From: Callorhinchus milii
Lineage: Eukaryota
Assembly: GCF_018977255.1 (NCBI RefSeq)
Contig: NW_024704743.1
Location: 98,210,001 to 98,274,000 of the forward strand
Length of the DNA stretch: 64,000 nt
Direction of reading: 5' to 3'
Of the stretch, positions 12,749 to 25,489 are shown one piece after another. The position numbers and the translations under genes were made by a program. Below the pieces are notes generated by a model. That model was not told the DNA's origin and did not search any database. It worked only from the letters and a program-made list of their open reading frames with translations. Every line of letters begins with the position of its first letter. Positions within the stretch are counted from its first letter, which is position 1.

Positions 12749-14929
12749 ACAAAACTACTACTGATGGAAAGCGAAGTCATTAACTTGGGGATTTTTTCAC
12801 GAGTTAAGATATGGGAAGATATTTTTCCTCTTCCTGGTCCAAGGATCCAGAGGCAAAGTACCTTTCCCAACATCCTGGCTGACACCAGCTAACTCGCCAA
12901 AGTCACACCTTGTACCTTTGTGGGCTTTATCAACTGAACCTTGGTGGAACATATGTTCTACGTTAACATTCACTGTGAATCAGTTGCTGTGGCATTGTTG
13001 ATAGACCATCAAATCCATCAAGAGTTGAAATTGCACTAGGTTGACTGCACAATTCTTGGAAGATTGCTGTTCGGCAGAAAAGATGTTCTCTTTGCCCACT
13101 TTCCAATTACCCTCTACCTAAAACTAGACATGTCTGAATGTAACATGAGGGACCCTGAATCAAAACTGGCCAAGAAAGGTTTCAATCCATTCAGCAACTC
13201 CCTTGCCTCTCTATTTTGCATGACAGGGAGACGTGGAGGTGTAAATAAACTGACAGTTCCAATGAAGCAGAAAATAAATGACCAAAGGAAATTAAGAAGG
13301 AAAAACAAAATAAGATGAAATGACAGGAAAAAGACAATAATACTACAAGGACATATATGTTAAAATAACAGTGAGAAAAGAGTCACAACAGAATTGGAAA
13401 TAAAGTGGTGGAAAAAGGATAGCGCAAGTGTGAGGCTTTCTGTGGGAGAGGAGGCAGATTCTTTGCTGTCTCAGCTGTTAATTTAAAAATCTCATTTCAT
13501 TTGGCTGGATCTGACAGGGACACATCTACATTTACATCATCCCATTAGATGCTCAGTATTGCTATGCTATGCACAATGCTTCTCCTACAAATGCAATCTC
13601 CAATCAGTTGGAAATAGTTCAAACGTTTGAGATGTATATATTTTGAATTTGAATTTATAGGCACTAAGAGCCAAATTAATGACAGAAAATTTACCTTTCA
13701 GCAGAAATGTCAAGCTGTTGAAGGTTGAAAGAGTACCAATGTTTGGTCAGCTTTTCAGATTGGGTTATTGTAGAGAATAGAAGCTGGTATGGGACATACC
13801 AAGCCCATTTAATAGGAGCAGGGCCTCTTTCCAGTAAAATGTCTGGAGGTTTTAGTTCAGTGTTTTGTGTTTCAGACTGTGTACATTGGAAAGAGAAGCT
13901 ATTTTATCTTCCCCCGGATTTGAAGGTTTAGTACTGCTGTTATTAACCGCAAGTTATATTAACATGTTGTTACAGAACAAGGTAAAGAGGCTCTTCATCA
14001 TGATTACTTCACTTCAAATGAGGAAAGCATTTTTTATGTTTTGTTTTAACAATATTTATCAAGCATTTGTGTAAGATTTTAGTTGTAACATGCACAGAAG
14101 TAACATATATTAGGCAATTCATTATTAAAAGTAATCTGGCCAGCTGTGAAGTCTTTAGTCACCAAAGTCTGGTCGTCCAAGGTGCTCCATCATGTAGACA
14201 TGTTCTGTGAGATTGTGTGAAAGTGCAGCCCTTCAATGAAGACATACTGTCTTCTGTTGATTACTTATTTAAAACGTTATTAAAAACGTCGATCTGGTTT
14301 CTTCTCCAGCCCAGACTAATGGGATAAAAGTTTTCTCTGTTTATTGCTGTAAGGGTCCCATGTGAATTAAGTTTAGATAGTTTCTAGGAACTCAATTCCA
14401 AATAGGCTCACAGTACAAAGCGTTTCTGAATCAAGCACTAAATTGCAAATCTCACTCAGAGAGTGCTGTTGTGGGATATAGAAAAGATTGCCCTGTGCAG
14501 TGGAGCGGGGTGGGTGGGTGCGTGGGGTGAAGGGGGAAGCTCTAAGAGTGGAGATGAAGCACGTAGTTTGGGAAGGAAAGAGGCACCTTTGCTCTGCATC
14601 GAATATGTTACACCTAACGTGGGCGTGCTTGATGCTGACACTCTGTGTCTAAAGTGAGACAGCTATTTACCAATATGAAACTCCTTCACTTTGAGAAACA
14701 CAAAACTCACAATTTCTATTGCAGAAAAAAATCTGTTTAAATATTCAGCATGCCCAGGCGTCATAAATAATGCTGGATGTCCATCAGTGAATTTAAATCA
14801 GTAATCCAGCTATAGGGATTAGATGGGAAATGTAACCTGTTCAAGCCCGTGATGTTGTGTAAACTATTTGTCAAGGGATCACTGAGAGGCATCAGTGTCT
14901 TCTTTGTACATTGGAAAGGAAGAGATTGG

Positions 14930-15730
14930 CAGTACCTTACATTTAGTAAGCACCTTTCACATCGGGACGATCTCTCAAACCAACACAGGATTCACAGTAG
15001 GGTGTAGTGACTTTATTTTGTAGGCAAACATGGCAGCTAATTTGTGCATAATCAACTATAAGTGAATGACCTGCAAACTCGTTTCGAATATTGCCATGAG
15101 ATCTTTAACATCCACCTGAACAGACAGACAGGATCTTGGTTTCATGTCTCATCTGAAGCACCTCCAATAATGCAGCACACCGCAGCACTGCTTTGGAGTG
15201 TCAATCTGAATTATTATGAGTTCCAAATCCTGACATGGTCTTAACCCACAACTTTCTGACTCAGAGGCGAAAGTGCTACAATCTGAGACAAACTGACATC
15301 TAATTGTTTGTGGAGATGGTTGGGCACTATACTAGAGGAAACTCCCTTCCATTTTTTAATATTGTCACCGGATCTGTAAATCCACTTGAAAAAGCAGACC
15401 AGACCTTGGTTTGACATCTCATCCAAAGGATAGCGCCTCTGATATTGCAACACCAACCCAGCACTGCATTGGAGTGTCAGTCTACACCAGGGTAGTCCCC
15501 TCCCTCCATCTCATCTGGCCCATCCCCTCCCTCCAATACCCATAAATGTTATGTTATGTTTCTGGAAGGGAAACATAGAAGCTCATGCAGCCCGCAGATG
15601 TTTCTCAAATAGAGCATCCGGCCCTCAGCAGACAAAAGGTTGGACAACCCAGGTCTAGACTAGGAGTTCAAAGTCTCAATATAACAACCTTCTGACTTAA
15701 GAAGAGAGTGCCACAAATTGAGCAAGACTC
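14930..15730 (-). mobile_element. Two decayed Deu-domain SINE copies
   Basis: Reverse-complement head (ACAACCTTCTGACTCAGAGG...) and central motifs each occur twice. Confidence 0.65.
15488..15652. mobile_element. hAT-type MITE inserted in a SINE
   Basis: Imperfect TIRs CAGGGTAGTCC / GGACAACCCAG, 8-bp TSD GTCTACAC / GTCTAGAC (Charlie-type NTCTAGAN), and subterminal GGCCC motifs. Confidence 0.7.
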
Positions 15731-17099
15731 ATACCAGGCTGATACGCAGTGAATGAGAGAAATGACTGAAATTTCTAAAGGCATTATTCCTTCATTTGTT
15801 CTGTAGTAATCAATTTTATTCTACTGCAACATAATGAAGAAATCAGTGGTCATTGATGCTACACTGTTATATCATTCGTCTACGAGTATTTTGGGCCCGC
15901 AAGAGGTTGGCAAGAAAACCAGAGAAATGCTCTGATTACAGCAATATTGAGAGTCTCCAAGAAGGAGTGTGTAATATAGTATTTTTAGACAGGACAAAAT
16001 TTAGCAAATAATAAATACATATTTATTTACAAGTATGGGAATTGGCAGATGTAAACTGAAAACTAGGCAAATATGTACTTAAAATGACATGGCCTTTATT
16101 TATATGTATTTAAAGTGACACTAAATAGCTGAGTTTTACAATACAGTTAAAATGACTGTATGCTTATTCCCATATGCTCAAAGTGAAATTACTCACATTG
16201 CTTGACACTTAAGGTAAAAAAAGAACAAATTACAACACTCTTAAAAAGATGCTACCCATAAAGTGAAATTACTCAAATCACCAGACACTTAATACAAGTA
16301 AGTTTCGGTAGAAATTAATGAGGAAAATGATTGGCTTTAAATAAACAAAACTCTACAGTTAAGTGGAGGAGAATGTAATTGAGGCTCTTTCTGCTGAAGT
16401 GCTCAATTACCAATGTGTAAGATCCATTAGATATTAATATGACTGCTGGTTTCAAAGGCAAAACTCAGCTATTTAGTTTACTGCTTTTTTTGGAATCAGC
16501 CAAACTTTCCAAAGTTTGGTTCTTATTTATCTTTTGAAACTTGAGGTCTATAACATCGGACAAACACAAAGACTTTGTAGTAGCTGCACAGTTTAAAGTG
16601 GGTTTTGCTTAATAAGGGATGATCTGATAAATGGAACAAACTTGTTCCAACCTCCGTGGCCCATTTATCTGGCTTCAAATATATTTCGAAATAGACACAG
16701 ATCCTGTCATTGTAAATCATGAGCATGGACTAAAGAAAATGGCTTGGCTGATAGAAAACATTGAATACCAATTTCAGTCTGTGTCGAAAAGTATTGTGAT
16801 GTCCACAATTTTCTCTGGTGATTTACACTGGGTTGCGTTACATGTTACATGTTACATGTTCAGGTCAATCCACTGTGGCTATAATGGCACTGTTGCTAGG
16901 TAACAGTGCATTAGAAAATAAGTGGAATCAGTTTTTTTTAACCTTAACATCAAATACTGTGTTCATTACAGAAGAGACTGGGATCAGGAGCAAAGGCAAA
17001 TACAATCATAAAGAGTTGTGCCAAGAGGATCACACCCAACCACAACAGAATTTGTCACCTCCAGAATTTACTTTTTCAATGCCCTTCTTGTTGGCCTCC

Positions 17100-17620
17100 T
17101 CAGTCCCTGCATCAACATGTGCCAGAGTTCATTCAAAACTCCACCGCCTACATCCTCACCTGCACAATGCTTTGCGTGATCATCACCCCTATCCTTGCCT
17201 AGCTTCACTGGCTCCCCGTTTCCCAGCAAATAGATTTCAACATCCTCACCTTCACCTACAAATCCTTTTGTGCACCGCCCTACCTCTGTGATTTCTCCAA
17301 CCTCACTCTCCTGTTCGCTCGTTCCATTCGGGCCTGCTACTTGACATCCACCACCCGCCTCACCATCACTAGCCAAACCATCAGCCACCCACCCCTATCC
17401 TTTGGAACTGCCTCCCCAACCCCCAACCCCAACCCCCTAAGCCTCACTATTTTTCTTCTAATGCTGCCCAAAAATGTACCCCTTCATCTGTGCCTGTGTT
17501 CATCTCACTCTGTTCCCTCCCTCATCATATCACTCAGTGCCCAGTATCACATCTGTAAAGCATACTGAGGCATTACTTAATGTCAAGAGCACTATAATAA
17601 ATGCAAGTTATTGTTGTATG
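17100..17620 (+). mobile_element. Decayed L2 3' fragment
   Basis: CTTCACTGGCTCCCC (LHWLP) region and a tail ending AAATGCAAGTTATTGTTGT. Confidence 0.7.
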
Positions 17621-20600
17621 ACTTTTAATTTGAGTCTGTGGCCAAAGTCATAAATTAGTCCAGATTTATTCAATAAATAACATACCTGGCTTGCCAGTGG
17701 GTGAGATTCATTTTATGTGGTGACAGATTAATACTCTCTGTTTAAATTGAAAGCTGCTAAGAAGACTGATCACGAATTAAAAATAAAATGAGGGAGGATT
17801 ATGAAAATATTCAGAATGGGGATGTGCTGAATACAATCTGTGCAAGCAGGTGTCACAATTCCAACATTAAAACACACTAGAACTAGGATTGGTAATTCCA
17901 CTTTTGTTTCTGACTTTTGCTAATTGGTCTGACTTTCTAAAGTCAAAGTCAAAGCAGTGGAACAAACTCTCCAGAGTCAAAGTATATTTACTTGTTCCAT
18001 CCTGCTGATATTCATTCAGACCACTATCCAAAAGGGATCAGAGGCAGGAAACTGAAGGAAAATTATGGGTAAATGTCTCAAATGCTGATTTGACTGAGAT
18101 CAGATAACTTAGCATAGACCAGAAATCCAACCGTCAAGAATTGGATTTTTGTCAAGGGTTCACATGGGCTTTCAAGGGAGCAGCACTCAATACATTGTTT
18201 CACATATGTTAGCTTGGCTCATTTGAACACATTATTACTTTTGGATCAGAAAGCAGCTTGTTGGGATTGGGGTCACAGTTCAGATGAACACTCCAATGAG
18301 TTAAATGGGAGGTGCTGTTTTTTAGAGAAGACCTAAACTAGATTACCATCCGCCTGTTAAAGGTTCTATGCATTTGTCCTGGCTAACTTTGCACCAGCAA
18401 GGTCTCACACACAACCATGAGGTAACTGACCAGTTGAACTTTAAGAGGAGGCCCAACATCATCTTCTCAAAGATACAAGGTATGGGCATTAAATGCTGGT
18501 ACAATGTCAGCGTCACCTACATCTAGAGACAGAGTAAAGAACGTTAATTAGTCATTCACTCAAGACTGTGTGTGGACTTTGTTGGTATAAATAGCTGCCA
18601 CATTTGCCTACAAATTTACAGTAGTTATAATTCTTGACAAAAATTACATTTTGACTTGTTGATATGCTATAAAAATGCATGTTCTTTTGAAACACAGATC
18701 CCATCCTCAGCTGACTGACTCACAAATAACTGCCATTCCTGATCTATCCACTTGTAGTCCATATTCTAAGATAGCCAGGTAATGTTCCATTATATATAAC
18801 GCAGCCAACAGAATTCAATCCAGATATTTCCAAGCAATAGAATAAATATGCATTAGAACCCTAATGCTTTGAAGTTTGTAGGCAGTCTGTACAAAGGGTC
18901 ACAAACTATTTGAAAAATGAAAGGAATGTCTCCTGGCGTCCTGGCCAACAATCCCCCAGATATAATTGGACTTTCACTTCATGGCTGTATGTGGGATATT
19001 GCCTTGCATCCATTGGCTGATGTGTTTGCCCATAAAATACACAGTCAGTACCACTTTACAGTTATTCTCTGAAGCACACTGAGACATCCATTTGACATGC
19101 ATATCAAATGCAAGGATTATTAATATTATTATGAGATAATAATTCTTACCCTCTACAAAACAACTTCCCTGAAATTGAATCAATTCCTTCTTCTATTTCC
19201 AAGTGTGGCAGAGCAATGGTGATTTGGTTGTACTCAGTCAGAGGTTGTGGGTTTAAGCTCTTATGTTGGGACTTGGAACCAATATAGTCTAAGATGATCT
19301 AATGCAGCGCTGAGGGTGTGCTACATTATCTGTCAGATGAAACATGAATCCGAGATCCTGTCTGTCACTCCAGGTGGACATCAAAGATCCCAGTGTTCAG
19401 GTCAACAATCCCCCCTACAGAATTGGTCACTAATTTGTACACTTGCGTGAACAAATTAGTTGTCGCATTTGCACACAAAATACATACAGCCACATCACTT
19501 TACTTTATCCTATGAAGTGCTCTGAGATGTTTCAATGTCATGATAATGTGCAATATCAAATTCAAGGATTATTATTATGGTTAATCAAAATTTCTACCGT
19601 GCCTATTTTGTTTCACATGTTTCCAACTTTCATTCCTTCTCATTTCTATTTTCATTTGGAGCAAAAAGAGATTGTGAATCTGGACTAAATCTGCAGCTAT
19701 GGAAGGAATAAGGTTAACTGACTGGCTTCGCTGAATTTCAAACACTCTTTCTAAGCAGCACAAATTAGGCTGCTTAAGTTCAATGTTTCCCACAGCACAG
19801 TAACAAGTGGCTAGCTATAAACGATCCACTTTGCAACTACTTCCCTGAAATTCCTTGATGAATGAAATGTTCATTTATCAGGATGTCCATGAAGGGTAGT
19901 GAAGAAACATTCAAACATTCATTCCCTCCCAGGTTTAGTGCAGAGTTTTTTTATTCCTTCAATTTCTCACCTCCCCTGTTCCTAAAGGAATGGATTCAGG
20001 CTGGTACCTCGCTCAGGTGGGTATTCCTAATGTGTAAGGCTAGACAGTGAAGTTATTTGACAAGAAGCTCATTATAAACCTGTGCTGCCCTAAGATCCAC
20101 TCCCATGTGTTTCCACCATGAGCCTCCAGAAAGTTACAAGGAACAGGAACCTGGTTGATTGCTTTTCTGGCCTCGGGGAACTAAAGCCAATTGTGGTGGC
20201 TCCACTGCTGCCTAGACACAGATCAACTACAACAACAACAACAAGATTCCATATATAGAGCGCCTTTCACGTCGGGGGGACGTCCCGTAACTCAGTACAG
20301 ACTAAGGATGAATGCTGGGACCTTCCTGCTGGTCTGTAAGTCTCAGTTGGTCTGTGATTTTACCAGCCAAGTTACTAGAAACAAACCAAATGGAGCTGAA
20401 TTGGTGATTGATTAATTTCAAGAGACTCCCTCATTCTCTTTTCAATAAATGAAAGAAGTATTTTCCTAGGGAGCAGTGAATTCTTTTACTGTATTATATG
20501 ACTCCACTATTTCAGATTTCATCAGCTTGGTGCTAGCAATCAACAGGGCTAGAATTCCATTCAGCTTGAAATATCTCTTCCTAAATACAAAAGAGGATGG

Positions 20601-21961
20601 GAATAAATTGTTTGCAGCTCACGTCTCTCCACTCCAACTGCAATCTAACTCATCCCACTCTACTAAGGAGATGTGGGAGGACGTAGATTAATCATTCACT
20701 GAGGTGGAGTGGGAGGGAGTGTGGCAGTCTGCCCACTTAGTCTTTCTGCATCAAAACAAAGGAAAACTACATGCTTCTATACCCTTTAAAATAATTTTGA
20801 CAAAACAGAAGTTATTCAATTGTTAAAATAGTTTGTCTACTGTGGACTCCATGGTAAAATCCATTTTGAGCGTTTTGAGACATTTTGACAACATGATAAG
20901 GCACTATATCAATGCAAGGATTATTATTATTAGCATTTACTTTATCATGTTGGGTGAATTTTAAGATAGCTGACAAGCAAATACGTTGGAAAACATCCAC
21001 ATTATATGAACTCTGACAAGAGATGAAATAAAATGATTATGTTAGGGTGGATTTACTGCCCGTAATCCCATTCTATTTACTTACTATATTTGGGCAATTT
21101 GCTATTTCTTTTCTGCAAAATTGTAAATTGAAAATGATCTTAACTATAACTGGTACAGGAGAGCTTATCTCTATGTTTGCAAGTTTGTAAGTGCATCTGC
21201 AAGATTACGTATATGCTTGCGACCATACAAGTCTGCATGTATTTGTGGGAATGTACATCTGTGTGTGTGAGTTTGTGTAAGTGTACCGAGTCTGTATGCA
21301 TTTGTGAGAGTGTTACGGTGTGTGTCATATCCACATCCCACAGCTAGTCTTTAGTTATTAATGAGTTGGACCTTAATTTTCACCAATTTACCGATCATCA
21401 TGTGAATGTGATGTGATAATTTCACCTGACATATGCTTGTACCTGCATGTCTGTATATGTGTGCATATGTGCTTGTGAGTTGGGGTGTTAATGTGAGCAT
21501 GCAAGTTGAGGAGCAACATAGAGCGCTGAAAAATGATGTTTGACTGGCCTACATCTAGAGCTTTAGTGCTGGGTCTATAAAGGACAATGGCTTGCTTCCT
21601 GATGTAGAAAATTTCCAATGTTCTTATCCAGATGATAATTTGTATTATGCGAAGGAGATCGTTCAGTACAGTAAAACTCGCATAAGACTGATCTATATAA
21701 ATTATACAATCACCTAAGGCATACATCTGCCCAAGTCCTGTTCAAGAGTATATATTCGATGCAAGTTTGACATAATTCATACTTTGCATTAGTCATATTA
21801 AATATATGGCCCCAATAAGTATGACCTACATGAGGTTTACTGTGATGTTGCTGATCGTGCCGTAGGACCTGGTGATACAACACTACTGGTACTTCAGTGC
21901 ATCTCTTTGTCTTTTTCTAAAGATTTCTACACACTTAACACCAGAAACCACCATTTGGGGC

Positions 21962-22220
21962 ATCAGCCGGGTGTCTGACACATGCAAAAACCCATCACCA
22001 TGCTTAAAAGTATCGAAACCAAACTGAGACTTCCATATGTTCCTCCTACACATGGAAATCCCAGAGATAAAATGTTGGAATGGAATGCACACTCTCTCTC
22101 CAGAGGGATACATCCTGCTTACTTTATTCCGAAAGTATTAGGCGCAAGTTGGCAGGAGCCATGGCTTGGGGACCCAGAGTGTGGGTTGGGATACTGCTGA
22201 AGCCTAACCAACTAAAAATC
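21962..22220. repeat. Unclassified dispersed repeat, copy 2 (may extend to ~22650)
   Basis: Shares blocks such as ACATGGAAATCCCAGAGATA, TTGGAATGGAAT and GAAAGTATTAGGC with copy 1. Confidence 0.85.
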
Positions 22221-25200
22221 CATAGCTTGCCGTTGATAGCACTGTCTGGCAAGCTTTTCCACTGCTTGTCTAGCTAGGACCACCCTACCATTAGGGCTTT
22301 GGCTTCCGGGCTGAGTTGAGTGCGATGATTCCTGCCCCCAGTGACTGGTCTGCCCTTTCAGGTCCTGGCAATGAGTCAGGCTGGTTGTGCTGCCGTCAGC
22401 AGTGCCCTGGAATACTGTGGACCCGGCTGGCTCATGAACCAGACTACTGAGACCACCACTGGCTTGATTCTGACATTCCGTTGCCAAGTATGTCACCTTG
22501 GAGTCAGCTTAGCTCCAAGGAGACCCCACTTACCTCCCCCCAAGGAGGATAGTCACTAGTTGATCATTTGATATCCAACAAGCATGGGTTTGAGCCTTCA
22601 CTAGGTGGATGGTAGGTTCCAAGAACTCCTTATAGCTTCTTGGTGGGTACCATTTCACCCACAAAATATACAGTCACTGCACTTTACAGTATATCCTGTG
22701 AAGTGCTTTGAGATGTCTCAACAATGTGATAAAGCGCTATATCAAATACAAGGATTATTATTGTTATTTGTTAATCTGTGAGAAAGGAACAACATGGTTA
22801 CCTTGAAATTTCATATCTACAGATCCTGACCTCATAAACTGCATTTTTGTTAACATTGAATCATTGTTGCCTTAGTGATCTGATGCTCTCATAAGCTATA
22901 TTAATATTAATCTTTTTGTGTGTTTTGCAAAAAATTGCCTGATCTCTTGTTCACCACATGTGATAGGTTATTTTGCTGTTTAAAGTATGCTTTAGTATCT
23001 GAATTTGAATTGCTACTTAACTTGACGCAACAACAACAACAAGATTACATTTGTATAGCGCTTTCCACGTCAGGAGGACGCTACTTAAAAGCGCTACTTA
23101 AAAGTTGCTTTCCTGGTAAGTAAATGCATCACAGGTAACAACATATAACAATCACGCAATGTACCACAGTTTGCTAGATCAAAGACTGGGTAAAGTTGTC
23201 AGTTCTAACAGTAACAAATTGGTCTCTTTTATTTTAGAGTGTATTTTATACAGTTTTATTTTTTCTATGACAGTTTAACTTTAACAAGTTAAAGTTTCGC
23301 CCACAAAATAAACAGTCAATCCACTTTACAATAAATTCAGTGAAACACTTTAAGACATCTCAACGACGTAATAAGCTGTGATATCAAATACAATGATTAT
23401 TATTAATACAGGAAGAGCAATTCTACCTGGGTCTAGGCTTAAACATTTTTCTGAGCATTTCAGAGTGTTTGAATTTAGAGTGTCAAAATCCTGGAATCCC
23501 AACCCAAACCATTGTCACATGGCCTGCAGTGGTTTCTGAAAAAAAAGCCCATCTTCACCTTCTCAGAGGGTAACTAGGGATGGGCAATACATGCTGTGTG
23601 TGTACTGCTATCACATCCCGAGGTGAATAAAACATTTTGGAACAATTATTTTTGCGTTAATTTTAAAGTCGGTTTTCTGTAGTATTGTTTAAGATCTATA
23701 GAATCAGGGGTTAAAAATTAAGACCAAATTTAAGAATTGTCCAACATTTGCTCATTCTAAAACACCAGGAAAATAGTCCAAGCCTAGATCCTAATGGGAT
23801 TTCTTCCCTACTCCATCTGAGGCCCAAAATTCCATTTAGTCTTAGTATTTACGACTATTAAAAATTGAGATTGCAATGGTGAGATATACTTAAATTTGAT
23901 CTTAATTTGGAAAGATGGTTGCTAATATAATGCCTCTGTTTAAAAACAGAGAGAACATGATTACCATCAGCATTATTATTTGAGAATCCATGTGGTTGTA
24001 TACGTAAATGTGTGTATTTGTGAGACGTACTTTTCACAAGTAATATTATTCAAACAATATCAAATATAAGGATTATTACTATTATTATTATTAATAACAT
24101 GAGATTATGAATGAGGGAGCTGAGTAGTATGGCCAATATGAGTAAGCATGCCAGTGAGGGCCTGCCTAGTTTACAAAGATGCCTATTTGTGGCTTGCTGC
24201 ACACATTCCAATCCAGGTAATCCATGGAGAGCCACTTTATCACATTACTTTTCATGGGGCTGCAGTTTATTGGACCCAAAGTTGTCATTCCCACCACTAA
24301 CATGCTTACATCACTTAGCATGGTTTCCAAAAGGCTAAAATGATTAAAAACGCTGAAATGAAATAGAGTCATTAATGCATCTCATCTATGGCATCTCTTT
24401 AATTAACTTTAGAATAGATTTAGATTTTTCATTGTCAGTAACCTTTTCCTTGCCTGTTTTATTTGGAATGTGAAGCGATGTGTCATTTTGGTTCATTCTG
24501 GGCTGAGAATCCACAACCCTGAAATTAATTTGGCAATTCCATCAAGATAGAATGGTGACATGAAAAGCACAGAACATTGTTAGCTCTTGAAAAACAAATA
24601 ACTGAACACAATACATAAAAGAATGGAGAAATGCAAATATGAATATGAAATTAAGAATATTACATTAGATTGTGACATGCTGAAGACATAAGCACTTTTC
24701 TTGACACTTTTGTTTACTGCTGATCAAAGTCAACAAAATGTATTCATGTCATTTGCTAGGATGGAGGGGATCTACCCATCTCAAAAAGATTATGTATTAT
24801 TTTCACAAGTTACATTAAATCAAACACTATTTACAGTGCATATTGTAATCTGCAATGCGAAGCGTTTAGGAGTTGCCAGCCATCATTCCTATAAATGTTT
24901 CAACGAGGAAGCCTTTGGAAAATTCAGTGCTCCAAGTACTAACGTGATAGTAAACAATGTTCAGTTGATACCTACCATTTGTATCTCTTTATAGTAGGCT
25001 GAAGGTGATGCTCAAATCCTGTCATCAAATTTGTTTTGGAAAACAAAAGTATCAAGATACAATGGGTTAGCGCACTGCGTGACATGATGAGTTAGTGTAC
25101 TTTCCTTTCACCTTTGGGAGCTGGATTTCAATCCATCACAGACTGACAGAATACCTTCTTTCTGTTAGCTGTAGAAGTACCATGTAAATATAGCCAGCCT

Positions 25201-25421
25201 GAGATCAGTTGCTGGTGGGCATGTCCGCAGCATAAACTGGCAACCTGACACAGAGGCACCGCAACGAAAGCTGCTATATGTAGTGAGGATTCTCTTTTGA
25301 GAATGAGCTATAAAACATTTTGGGGGGCACAATTGAATTGTGGAAACTTTACTCTGCAAGTCAATGTTTGAAAACTGACCTGGGATACTGGAGGCTTGAA
25401 ATAGGCATATGAAATAGGTTA

Positions 25422-25489
25422 AAATTCATTTTAACTTGTCCTTTAATAATTAGGGGACTAATTATTAAAGGACAAGTTAAAATGAATTT
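25422..25489. repeat. Perfect 32-bp inverted repeat with a 4-nt loop
   Basis: AAATTCATTTTAACTTGTCCTTTAATAATTAG-GGGA-CTAATTATTAAAGGACAAGTTAAAATGAATTT. Confidence 0.97.

Noticed and set aside
16181..16292. Two ~32-bp direct repeats 80 bp apart
   Set aside because: Only two diverged units in vertebrate intronic DNA; an ordinary local duplication, not a CRISPR-like array.
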